Positions 1-9,058 of a stretch of 64,000 bases of DNA are shown here, piece by piece (position 1 is the first letter of the stretch; each line of letters starts with the position of its first letter). This DNA is from Candidatus Babeliales bacterium (GTDB taxonomy: Bacteria > Babelota > Babeliae > Babelales > RVW-14), in the NCBI GenBank assembly GCA_019749895.1, contig JAIEPG010000002.1:2244-66243 (forward strand), in the 5' to 3' direction. The notes under the pieces are model-generated. The model had not been told where the DNA came from. It ran no database searches and saw only the letters and a list, made by a program, of their open reading frames with translations. The translations under genes were made by a program, and so were the position numbers.

Positions 1-1
1 T

Positions 2-571
2 AAGGGATGTTTGTCAAAAAGCCCCGCGCCAATAGTGGTCCTTTACGTAAAAAATTTTTTCAGCGAAACACATGCGGAGCGCAATGCGGTAGTTGATCCA
101 ATAATTCAAGCTCTTGTTGAGCGCTATGACGATAATACTATTGGATTAGATATTACCCCCCGCTGCAATGCAAAGATCAATAAATTAGTCTACATCGCTC
201 AAGACAACTTCGACCAGAAGGCACTATTTTTCAAAACCAGAGGCCACGCGTTTATGAGAGAAATCTACACACCTAACCTGGCATTTGTAAAAGGTTACGA
301 GTACATCATTCCACAATTTGCATGGCACGATCGCTCTGAAGAATTCACATCCGAGATCGCTGAGTCACAGCCAGAAAGCTCAGAACTAGAGAAAGGCACA
401 GATTGCGTCGCAACAACCGAAGAATCAACTATATCTGGCACAGTCACAGCAAGCGCTACCTCATGCAGCTCACCCGAAATTAACGAACTCCAGGCAGAGC
501 CTGCCATGCTCACCAAGCGCAGCGACCAACCCCTCGAGCAACAAGACACAACCAAACGTCGTCGCACATAA
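2..571 (+). CDS. hypothetical protein, open to the window edge (5'-partial or TTG start at 11); acidic Ser/Thr-rich C-terminal region ending in a basic tail KRRRT
   Basis: Frame is open from nt 2 with a stop at 569-571. No recognisable domain. The 3' end (cgtcgcacataa) resembles that of the next gene. Confidence 0.5.
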   Translation, partial: KGCLSKSPAPIVVLYVKNFFSETHAERNAVVDPIIQALVERYDDNTIGLDITPRCNAKINKLVYIAQDNFDQKALFFKTRGHAFMREIYTPNLAFVKGYEYIIPQFAWHDRSEEFTSEIAESQPESSELEKGTDCVATTEESTISGTVTASATSCSSPEINELQAEPAMLTKRSDQPLEQQDTTKRRRT

Positions 572-590
572 ATAAAAAATAGAGGTTATC

Positions 591-2888
591 ATGAAAGGCT
601 TTTTATCATTTTTATTGCTCGCTCTCACGCTCAGCCTACCAGTGGCACACCCTGCTGCAAGCTCAAGCAGCAGCTCGTCTAGCAGTTCAAGCTCAAGCAG
701 CTCTGACGTGCCAGCTGACTATTATTATGCCGATGAGAATATTGAAAAAATAAAAACGGCTGAAGTTAAACATGCACCATGCTCCATAATTATTGAAGAA
801 CATAACTACGAAAACCCCACCACTGAAAGCTCAGGAGCCTGCACATACGCATTGGTTGGCCTTATTGAAAATGCTTACTGCCCAATTATAACAAGCGCCT
901 CTATTTTGCTCAACGCAATCGCTCGCATTGACTACAGCACTCACGAACATACCGAAAGAAGATTTAAAGATATCGACTTTTATCAGAAAAAATGGCGCAT
1001 TTTTACTATTCCAGATACACCATTTTTTCTACTAATCCCCCAAAAGTATGAAGCAATTTACGGCACTACAGGATTTGATGTAGCAAAGATGATTGAACTT
1101 TCAGACCTATTACCAACACCAGATTTACAAAATATCGATAAGCTTTTAGGATTCATCGCACATAGCACTGACCCCACACATCCCACCTGTAAACCAAAAA
1201 AATCCCTTGCATTCAATCCTGCTGCTTTAAAAAATATTATTATTCCAATGGCAGAAGGAGTCATTCGCGACTTTATGGTTATTGGCCATGGAATGCTTGA
1301 GAGCAGCATTTGCGGAACTAAACCTGAAAACATTAAAGCTTTGCTCGATTTCCTTAATAAAAGAACCGAAACTCCCCTCAGCAAGACAGGAACAGTTGGC
1401 TTATGGTCGTGCTATTTAGGAGGAAAAAACCTTGACCTGCTAGAATTTACCAACGACACAGCAAATACAGCCCTGGAGAGCTACCGTTTCCCAATTATAG
1501 TTTTTTCAATAACAGATGCGGTCGTCTACTGGACTTTGTCACATGCAAAAGAATTGAATAAAAATTTCTTCAACCAGGCAACAAAATTTGCTTCGATTAA
1601 TACATTTTTATCAGTTTTCACTATGTTAAATCCTAACTCCACAAGAAGATTTGGCAATACACACGGCACCAACTCACTTCCTCAAATTTGGCTACCCTAC
1701 GGCCACAGTTTTCAAACATTCAAACTCAATGAGCAAATTGAGGTTATTGGTCGCGCAAAGGCACAAATATACAAAGAAAACAATAAACAATTTATTATTG
1801 AAAAGAAGGAAGGTTTATTACTCTACTCAAGTAAAATTGAAACACCAATAAAGATTATTGGCAAAGAAGCACAACCCACCCACACACCAACTTATAACCC
1901 ATTATCCATATCGTCACATCATTTTTGGGTCAATTTACCAACGGGTCTTGAAATCTTTAACAATCCAACAACTGAAGCCAACATTACAGCAAACCCAAAA
2001 GCCTACCCACTTTCTTTCAAAGTTCTAAATGAAAGCGACCGCCAATTTTTTGACCAACACACCATCCATTTTCCTCAAATCATCTCAATGATCCGCGGCT
2101 CAGCTGTTCATCACTTTGCAGAAATTATTATTGAAAGTAACCAACAAACTGTTGGTATTTTAGATTTCATTCGCAGCGCATTTCTTGATTGCGCCTCTTA
2201 CAAATCCACTAACGCTTTTGTTATTAAAAAACTTACCGGTATTAACGATTTTTCGTTCATACTTGAAGGTTTAAGAGCGACCTCGGGAAGCACTACGCCA
2301 TCTGAATTTGAAACAACCTTGGCTGGCAAGGCAGGCCAAGAAATTACTTTGCTTAATGTTACCGTTTATCAATCAGAAATTACTTTTGACACTCCCCCAA
2401 CACCAAGGATCGACATTTATTTTATTTTTAATGAACTGCATTGGATGTTCTCATTAGATCATCTCACCCAAACACCTTGGAGGTTTGTAAAAACTACAAA
2501 AAAAACACCTTGTCAAATTTACAAACAAACAAGATCAGAAATGTCAAAAAACAAATGGGCTGAAGTTAAACCAGCACAAAGTCAAAAATCACTGAGCAGT
2601 GTTGTTCAAAAAAAATTCGAACTATATAAAAAAATCAAATCGCTCAGCAATGAACATGAAGTCGTTGAAACACTTAAAAAAGCATATAAAAAACCAATAA
2701 GAAAAAGTTTTAAAAGCGCTAGTTCTGCATCAAGTTCTTCAAGCTCGTCTTCGCTCATCCCGAGTGCTCCACTTTGTGAAGCGTATCGAGGGACAAGTAC
2801 CCCCGTTATTGATGATTCAAGCAAACGAGTAGAGCGAACATCAACCAAAGAAAATAGAAAAAGTAAAAACAAGCGACAACGCACATAA
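591..2888 (+). CDS. large secreted hypothetical protein with an N-terminal signal peptide, a ~15-residue poly-Ser tract and a C-terminal poly-Ser + basic tail (KSKNKRQRT)
   Basis: 765-aa ORF. N-terminus is MKGFLSFLLLALTLSLPVAHPAA followed by a Ser run. GAGG-type RBS (agaggt) lies upstream of the ATG. A terminator follows. Confidence 0.75.
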   Translation: MKGFLSFLLLALTLSLPVAHPAASSSSSSSSSSSSSSSDVPADYYYADENIEKIKTAEVKHAPCSIIIEEHNYENPTTESSGACTYALVGLIENAYCPIITSASILLNAIARIDYSTHEHTERRFKDIDFYQKKWRIFTIPDTPFFLLIPQKYEAIYGTTGFDVAKMIELSDLLPTPDLQNIDKLLGFIAHSTDPTHPTCKPKKSLAFNPAALKNIIIPMAEGVIRDFMVIGHGMLESSICGTKPENIKALLDFLNKRTETPLSKTGTVGLWSCYLGGKNLDLLEFTNDTANTALESYRFPIIVFSITDAVVYWTLSHAKELNKNFFNQATKFASINTFLSVFTMLNPNSTRRFGNTHGTNSLPQIWLPYGHSFQTFKLNEQIEVIGRAKAQIYKENNKQFIIEKKEGLLLYSSKIETPIKIIGKEAQPTHTPTYNPLSISSHHFWVNLPTGLEIFNNPTTEANITANPKAYPLSFKVLNESDRQFFDQHTIHFPQIISMIRGSAVHHFAEIIIESNQQTVGILDFIRSAFLDCASYKSTNAFVIKKLTGINDFSFILEGLRATSGSTTPSEFETTLAGKAGQEITLLNVTVYQSEITFDTPPTPRIDIYFIFNELHWMFSLDHLTQTPWRFVKTTKKTPCQIYKQTRSEMSKNKWAEVKPAQSQKSLSSVVQKKFELYKKIKSLSNEHEVVETLKKAYKKPIRKSFKSASSASSSSSSSSLIPSAPLCEAYRGTSTPVIDDSSKRVERTSTKENRKSKNKRQRT

Positions 2889-2913
2889 GTAAAAAAATAA
2901 TAGACTCAAAAAA

Positions 2914-2948
2914 AGCACCCGCTCAAATTAAGAGCGGGTGCTTTTTTT
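2914..2948. terminator. bidirectional rho-independent terminator between convergent genes
   Basis: Stem agcacccgctc / gagcgggtgct is flanked by an A-run upstream and a T-run downstream. Confidence 0.8.
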
Positions 2949-2981
2949 AATCTCATTTTTTCAGCAATGAAAGAATAACTT

Positions 2982-3653
2982 CTAGCTAAGCTTTTGGTAA
3001 CGATGCGTTACTTTGCCCACAACACGGAAATTATCTTTACCACGAATCAAGGCCACAGGCGGGTGCTTGTGGTTGACTGATTCAAGCACAATAAAATCTT
3101 CCATGTAGGTAACTTGCAAAATCCCTTTGATAGGGTTTTCGTTGCCGTATTCAACGGCAGCAATATCACCAGAGCGAGTCCACGTTTCAGGAGAGATAAT
3201 CAAATAATCTCCTTTTACAAACGTTGGCGCCATAGCGTTGCTTTCAACATTTAAGCAAAACATTGAATCATCAGAGCTATTAAAAACTGGCACAAAAATA
3301 TCTTTGTAGCCCGTTGTTACCTGCGTCAACTGATTGTTGTAGGGAGAAGGATTTGACGGAATGTCACCCATCACCGGAACAATTTTGAGTTGAAGGTCAA
3401 CTGCAGTTGTTTCAGGAATTTTGACCGTGGTGTCTACATTGTCGGTTCTGCTTCGACGTTGTGCAAACAAATCGACAGGATGAATATCAAACGCATTAGC
3501 AAGTTTTTTTAACGCGTCCTCATTCCAACGGCGCGTACCATTTTTGATATGCGTCAAATAACTTTCGGACATACCGGTCTTTTCTGCAAGAACTTTGGTA
3601 GTCCACCCTCGTTCCCTCAGCAACTCTTTAACCCGTAACTCTGTTGATGACAT
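2982..3653 (-). CDS. XRE-family HTH + peptidase S24 (LexA/CI-like) repressor, catalytic dyad apparently degenerate
   Basis: N-terminal HTH_3-like segment is LLRERGWTTKVLAEKTGMSESYLTHIKNG. C-terminal S24-like segment is FCLNVESNAMAPTFVKGDYLII...FRVVGKV. AAGGAG RBS lies 7 nt upstream of the ATG at 3653, so the track's 3671 start is rejected. Confidence 0.8.
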   Translation of the reverse strand: MSSTELRVKELLRERGWTTKVLAEKTGMSESYLTHIKNGTRRWNEDALKKLANAFDIHPVDLFAQRRSRTDNVDTTVKIPETTAVDLQLKIVPVMGDIPSNPSPYNNQLTQVTTGYKDIFVPVFNSSDDSMFCLNVESNAMAPTFVKGDYLIISPETWTRSGDIAAVEYGNENPIKGILQVTYMEDFIVLESVNHKHPPVALIRGKDNFRVVGKVTHRYQKLS

Positions 3654-3880
3654 AAATACTCCTTTCCACATAATGTAGCCAAGACAAAGATTATGTAGTG
3701 TTAACTCGACAGCCTAGCCATATAAATCTGTTAAAATAATATAAACCATGTCAAATAGAAATGCTATCAAAAATTCAAGATGAATGATAAAAAAAAATGT
3801 TTCTTTGTGACAATTTTGTTTCAAAACTCATAAAATTTTTTTAAACTCGCTCAAATACCAAGATAGTCTGAGCAAAAAAC

Positions 3881-5209
3881 ATGAGAGATAAAAAAACAAT
3901 GAAGAAATTTATACGCATATTTTTTTTAACACTCTTTGCAGCTACCAGCATTTCACTTATCACGGCCCTTGCCTATACAACCATACTTGTCCGCCAAGCT
4001 CAACAGTTTTCCAAAAAAATGAGCAAAAACCCTGGGGACAATAAATCCTCAAAGAAAATATTTATGTTAACCGGTGAAGTTTCGGGCGATAAACTTGGTG
4101 CCTGGTACCTGCAAAAAATAAAAGACCAGGGAGTTGCTGTTGAGTGCCAAGCCCTGGGACAAAAATTTTTGAAAGCTCAGAACGCGCAGATACTTGAAGG
4201 TTTTGACGAGCTGTACGTTGGCAACGGTCTTTTATCACTCGCGCTCACGCTGCCTGGCCAACTTAAGCATTTTAATCGTTTGGTTGACTATGTTTTAGCA
4301 AACAATTTTGACGAAGTCGTACTCGTTGACTTTCCACTCATTAATATCCCCTTTGCACGCGCACTTAAAAAACGCAACGCAAACATGAATATTACGTTTA
4401 TTGCACCGCCAGAACTATGGTTTTGGGGCTCATGGAACATTGACGAATTCTTAAAAGCGTATTGCGACAACATTATTGTTTTGTACCCGCATGAAGTTGC
4501 CTGGTACCAATCAATTGGCATGCAAACTACGTGGCTTGGTTATCCGTACATTAACGAATTTGAACCGTATTTGCGTGAACCACGCGAAAAAAGACCGACC
4601 ATTGCCCTGCTTCCCGGCTCTAGGCTTGGCGAACTAAAAACCATGATGCCTATTTTTGTAAAATTTATACAAGAGTTTTCACAACAGTTCCCGCAAACAC
4701 ATTATCTGTTTCCTATTGCATCATCGTTCCAACCAAGCGCAGTGCAAAAGTATTTGGATAAAGCAGGGATCCCCACCAGCATTATTTCGATTGTTCAAAA
4801 TGAAGAAGCAAAAAAAGATGCGTTAAGTACTTGCTGCCTGGCAATAAGCAAACCGGGAACCATTACCCTTGAACTAGCATTACTGGGCGTACCAACCATA
4901 GTTACGTATAAAGTTTCATGGCTTTCTCATAAAATTCTCAAAACCTTCGTTAATCCAACCTACATAAGCTTGCCAAACCTACTCACCGGCAAGGACGTGT
5001 GCATTGAGCTACTGCAAGATGAATGCAACGCAACAGCACTTGGTAAACAGGCTGCTTTGTTGTATACTAGCTTTCTTGATAACAGCTCGCTGTACCAGCG
5101 CAAGCTTTATGAACTTGATGAATTTAGAAAACTTTTTGTGAGCCAAGCAAACCATGTCGCACCAGCAATCAGCCAAGAAAAAGCACCTGTTCCCCAAGCA
5201 GTTTTTTGA
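3881..5209 (+). CDS. lpxB: lipid-A-disaccharide synthase (GT19) with an extra N-terminal TM segment
   Basis: LTGEVSGDKLGAWY motif plus C-terminal LLPGSR...SKPGTITLELALLGVP, both typical of LpxB. The N-terminal ~60 aa is hydrophobic and not canonical. Confidence 0.8.
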   Translation: MRDKKTMKKFIRIFFLTLFAATSISLITALAYTTILVRQAQQFSKKMSKNPGDNKSSKKIFMLTGEVSGDKLGAWYLQKIKDQGVAVECQALGQKFLKAQNAQILEGFDELYVGNGLLSLALTLPGQLKHFNRLVDYVLANNFDEVVLVDFPLINIPFARALKKRNANMNITFIAPPELWFWGSWNIDEFLKAYCDNIIVLYPHEVAWYQSIGMQTTWLGYPYINEFEPYLREPREKRPTIALLPGSRLGELKTMMPIFVKFIQEFSQQFPQTHYLFPIASSFQPSAVQKYLDKAGIPTSIISIVQNEEAKKDALSTCCLAISKPGTITLELALLGVPTIVTYKVSWLSHKILKTFVNPTYISLPNLLTGKDVCIELLQDECNATALGKQAALLYTSFLDNSSLYQRKLYELDEFRKLFVSQANHVAPAISQEKAPVPQAVF

Positions 5210-5858
5210 AAAAGACGCCTGGGCAAACGGCTTGCGCGTGTGCGGCATTGATGAAGCAGGTCGCGGCCCACTAGCAGGGGCGGTAGTTGTAGCAGCAGTT
5301 GTTTTGCCGCCCAACACTACCTACAAATTACTCAAAGATTCTAAAATTATGACCGAAGAAGAGCGCGAACAGGCCTATGCCTGGATTGTAAAAAACTGTC
5401 TTTTCTCAATTGCGCAGGCCGACCATCACGCTATCGATGCAATCAATATTTATCAGGCAACGCTGCGCGCTATGCGTAAAGCATATGTGCAACTGATCAA
5501 CATGATGGGCAGCCAATTTGAAACACTGCGCTACGTGGTAGTAGACGCCATGCCGGTTTTTATGAATGAGCCGTACAAGCATGCCAATTTAGATTTTCAT
5601 AATTTTACGTTTGGCGAAAGTTACTCACGCTCTATTGCTGCTGCCTCAATTGTAGCAAAAGTTACGCGCGACCGGCTGATGGCAACAACGCAAAAACTTT
5701 TCCCTGCCTATGCCTTTGATCAACACAAGGGCTATGCAACCGCAGAACACATTGTCAGCATAAAAGAGCACGGGCCCAGCATTGTGCACCGCACCAGTTA
5801 TTTGTCTAACATTATCAAAAGCAAGCAGGACCATGAGCACCAAAGCCCCCTCTTCTAA
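5154..5858 (+). CDS. rnhB: ribonuclease HII
   Basis: GIDEAGRGPLAGAVVVAAV active-site motif and ...DSKIMTEEERE. Overlaps the lpxB 3' end. Confidence 0.9.
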   Translation: MSHQQSAKKKHLFPKQFFEKDAWANGLRVCGIDEAGRGPLAGAVVVAAVVLPPNTTYKLLKDSKIMTEEEREQAYAWIVKNCLFSIAQADHHAIDAINIYQATLRAMRKAYVQLINMMGSQFETLRYVVVDAMPVFMNEPYKHANLDFHNFTFGESYSRSIAAASIVAKVTRDRLMATTQKLFPAYAFDQHKGYATAEHIVSIKEHGPSIVHRTSYLSNIIKSKQDHEHQSPLF

Positions 5859-6486
5859 AACAATTCCTGCTATGCAGGCAAGCACCTACAACCATTTTGC
5901 AGAAGTAATTCAAAGCAGCCTGGAAACATTTACCGCTCAATGTTGGTCATGGAATTTTTTTCCTAACTTTGGCTCACTAGTACAAGTTGAAAGCAACGAG
6001 CACATTATTTTGGGCTGCGTGGTACAAATTCAAACCGGCTCCATGGACCCAATGCGCTACCCCTTTCCCTACCAAAAAACTGAAGAAGAGCTTTTGGCCG
6101 AACAGCCACAAATTTTTGAATTTTTAAAAACAACCTTTGATGTACAAATTCTTGGCTACGCAGACAAAGAAAATCTTGAAAAGGTTTTATATGCGCTCCC
6201 GCCAAAGCCAAGCAAAATTCACGCATTTGTTAAAGAATGCGCACCGGAACTTTCCGCTCAGTTCCTGAGTAATCCGATCTTTTTACCAATGTTGTTTTCT
6301 TTTCAGCACAAAATATCTAACCTGGATGAGTTGTTGTTGGCAATATTGCACAACTTAACGACACAAAAGAAACTCACACAGAAGGTATTTCATGATTTTT
6401 GCCAAACATTTTCTCTGTTGTCGGGCAATGATTATAGAAGGTTGAAGCTTTTTTTAAAGCGCGTAGAACACATCATTAACAACTAA
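5833..6486 (+). CDS. hypothetical protein
   Basis: ORF with an ATG at 5833 overlapping the rnhB stop. No motif that I can name confidently. Confidence 0.5.
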   Translation: MSTKAPSSKTIPAMQASTYNHFAEVIQSSLETFTAQCWSWNFFPNFGSLVQVESNEHIILGCVVQIQTGSMDPMRYPFPYQKTEEELLAEQPQIFEFLKTTFDVQILGYADKENLEKVLYALPPKPSKIHAFVKECAPELSAQFLSNPIFLPMLFSFQHKISNLDELLLAILHNLTTQKKLTQKVFHDFCQTFSLLSGNDYRRLKLFLKRVEHIINN

Positions 6487-6526
6487 CAGCTTTTGCCACT
6501 ATCCCATTTTCATAAGGAGTTTCATC

Positions 6527-7168
6527 ATGAACCATTCAACTATTACCCCCTTCAGCTTTGCACTCATTCTCGCTTTTAGCTGTATATCGTCAGCACAAGC
6601 GTGGCGCGTTGCAGGCATTGAAAACGAAATGGCAACAGAAATAACAATAGAGCTGGTGCTCAACGAACAATCAATATTCACACAAACAATCCCAGCACAG
6701 TCATCACTCAATGCAGGGACATTTGTTGCGCCAAGTTCATTACCAACCGTAGCAATATCCCACGACACAATACCTTCTAGCGAACCGGCCCCTCTCTCAC
6801 CCTACCATAGCACATCTTCAAGCACCGAATCATTTGAAGATTACTACCCAGTAGCAACATTGAGCTGGCCTTTTTATTTCCCAAGCTTTCCCACAGAACA
6901 AGAACTCACCTTTCCAGAACTCCCCACAAGCTATCTTTTAATAACTACGCCACTTGGAAAAATTTATTGCGTTGAAGGATATCAAAAAAAGACTTGCCCA
7001 ATGCCAGCTTCTTGGCAGTACATTATTTCAAGCAATCCAAGAAAGCCAGCAAGTATCAAAGTCTTGCATTACTCAAAAGGACTTTCAGGCGGAGGCGGCA
7101 CCCCAGACAGGCCCTGCATCATTTCCATTGGAAAAAACGGACTTTTAAGCGTTAAATCCTATGATTAA
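6527..7168 (+). CDS. secreted hypothetical protein (signal peptide, Ser/Pro/Thr-rich middle)
   Basis: N-terminus MNHSTITPFSFALILAFSCISSAQA is signal-like. AGGAG RBS (ataaggagtttcatcatg). Confidence 0.6.
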   Translation: MNHSTITPFSFALILAFSCISSAQAWRVAGIENEMATEITIELVLNEQSIFTQTIPAQSSLNAGTFVAPSSLPTVAISHDTIPSSEPAPLSPYHSTSSSTESFEDYYPVATLSWPFYFPSFPTEQELTFPELPTSYLLITTPLGKIYCVEGYQKKTCPMPASWQYIISSNPRKPASIKVLHYSKGLSGGGGTPDRPCIISIGKNGLLSVKSYD

Positions 7169-7476
7169 TATTTTCATATAGAAAATTTAAATAATCTTTG
7201 CCTGTAAGTATTGATAAAAAATACGCAAGCGCTATATTTCTCTTATAACAGCCCACAAGGGCCCGTAATAACAAGTATTGTCCAGAAAGACTACAAAAAT
7301 GAACCGCGTACCAGAAACACTTAACACACCCAGTATTTCTTACCAGTTTTCTTACGATAACGTTTACGACGAAATCTATGAAACATCGTATGGTACGCAT
7401 TTTGTCTTTTGCGATGATGAAGAAGAATCAGTAAATGCTCAAGAAGGCAACCACATACCGTTGCCTTCTCTCAATT

Positions 7477-9027
7477 CTACTTTCCACGCTTAAAGCCGCC
7501 AATTGGCAGCGATCCCAAGAAATACTTTAAATCGTCATCACCAAAGCGCAAGCCACCACCAAAGAATGGGTTTGCGTTGTCACGACTAATAAAGTCATCC
7601 AAACCGAATGTTGTATACAGATTATTTAAGAAGAAGACACGGTTAAGCCATTTAACATGAGGGCGACCAACCTCTACACGATTTCTGCCTCTAAAATCAA
7701 ATGCTTCAAACGTAGTGATCCAATGGAATTTGTCGGTATACAGCGGCACATTAAAGTCCACGCCGGCACCAAAGGTATTTTCAAATAGCCCCACACGCAA
7801 CGCAAGCTTGTTAAAGCGCTTACCAAATTGTAAGCCAAACAACACATCGTCTTTTTTCTGTACCGTGCGTTCAACTTGGTCAGCCCACTCAATTTTTCGC
7901 TCGGTTGGAACAGGCAGCTCGCTGGCGCGCAAGATAGTACCTTTATCATCGCGACGGGTAATAAACTCAACCTCACGAGAGACACTCCCACGCTCATCGC
8001 CCACCAATTGAACAAGATAGAAATAATCAGAACTTGGTCTCAGCTTAAGTTCCAAATATCCCTTTGAAGTGCTATGACGCAACATTGTTTCTGAATGCAT
8101 GTCAATATTGAGCATAAGCGACTGTGTTTTACCGACATAATTTTTGAAGCCACGAATGGTCTTTTTAAGATCACCATACGTTTCATCTTCATTAATCAAC
8201 TTACCAATAACACCTTTGCCGGTATTAATTTTGTCGACAACTTCACCAGCACCTCTAAAAGTATCTCGGGCTTGTACTGCCGTGTCTTCCAGGTGGCTAA
8301 ACGCAGAACCTGCTTTTTCTCCAGATTCTTTAAAGGTTCCTGCAACTTCATGAACATCATTGGTAATGGCAGGAATACTGGTCTTTAAATGCACTACTGT
8401 TTCTCTAAAATCTGAAACAATCATATTCAAACTGTTTTCATTGCTTTTTAAAGTCCGCTGCAAAACTTCTGAAAAATCTGCCATACGGTCGGAGGCTTTA
8501 GCAACCGATTCGAGCGTGTTACGCAAGTTATCTTCGCCTTTTCGCGAGGCAAAAACGGTTTTAAACGACGACGTTATATCTTGAATGCCGGTTGCAATAT
8601 CGCGAAATTGCTCAAGAAGTTCGCCCACCGTTGCTGGCGTTTTGCCCGGCATAGAGAGCGTACTGCCCGGCAACAAAACCCCGGTTGTGGGGTCACCCGG
8701 ATCTATTTCAACATTTTTGGTGCCAATCAAACCATCTTGGTTAATCATGGCATACGAATTTTTTGCTAGTTTATTTTTCTTGTGAATGCGCAGCACAAAC
8801 TCAGCCTTGCCACCAGAAAGCAAATTAACTTGGTCTATCCAACCAACTTCAACACCAGCAATTCTGACAACAGCTTTTGATACAACACCACCAGCATCAT
8901 CAAAATATGCTTTGTACTCATTATATTTATCTTTGTTAAAGCGAAATGCTCTGATGTTAATGCTTAAATATAAAAAGATACCAATGGCTGCTAAAATGAA
9001 TAATCCGACGCGTGTTTCGGTTTTCAC
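7477..9027 (-). CDS. MCE/MlaD-domain protein with a long helical region and a beta-rich C-terminal domain
   Basis: N-terminal TM plus MCE signature (TRVGLFILAAIGIF...VRIAGVEVGWIDQV...INQDGLIGTKNVEIDPGD). Starts 31 nt downstream of gspK. Confidence 0.8.
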   Translation of the reverse strand: MKTETRVGLFILAAIGIFLYLSINIRAFRFNKDKYNEYKAYFDDAGGVVSKAVVRIAGVEVGWIDQVNLLSGGKAEFVLRIHKKNKLAKNSYAMINQDGLIGTKNVEIDPGDPTTGVLLPGSTLSMPGKTPATVGELLEQFRDIATGIQDITSSFKTVFASRKGEDNLRNTLESVAKASDRMADFSEVLQRTLKSNENSLNMIVSDFRETVVHLKTSIPAITNDVHEVAGTFKESGEKAGSAFSHLEDTAVQARDTFRGAGEVVDKINTGKGVIGKLINEDETYGDLKKTIRGFKNYVGKTQSLMLNIDMHSETMLRHSTSKGYLELKLRPSSDYFYLVQLVGDERGSVSREVEFITRRDDKGTILRASELPVPTERKIEWADQVERTVQKKDDVLFGLQFGKRFNKLALRVGLFENTFGAGVDFNVPLYTDKFHWITTFEAFDFRGRNRVEVGRPHVKWLNRVFFLNNLYTTFGLDDFISRDNANPFFGGGLRFGDDDLKYFLGSLPIGGFKRGK

Positions 9028-9058
9028 GAGGGTACCCTACGTTATAATGAGTATTTTT

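Noticed and set aside
660-705. Poly-Ser tract as a slippage-prone simple sequence repeat or phase-variation site
   Set aside because: The ~15 Ser codons are a mix of AGC/TCA/TCG/TCT/AGT with no long perfect trinucleotide run, so replication slippage is unlikely. It is kept only as a protein-level feature.
7278-7493. 71-aa ORF (possible start at MNRVPE, 7299) in the gap between the secreted protein gene and the MCE gene, and the antisense 82-aa ORF at 7152-7400
   Set aside because: There is no clear RBS and no recognisable motif. The two ORFs overlap each other and the MCE 3' end. There is insufficient evidence to call either one, although the ~300-bp gap remains unexplained.
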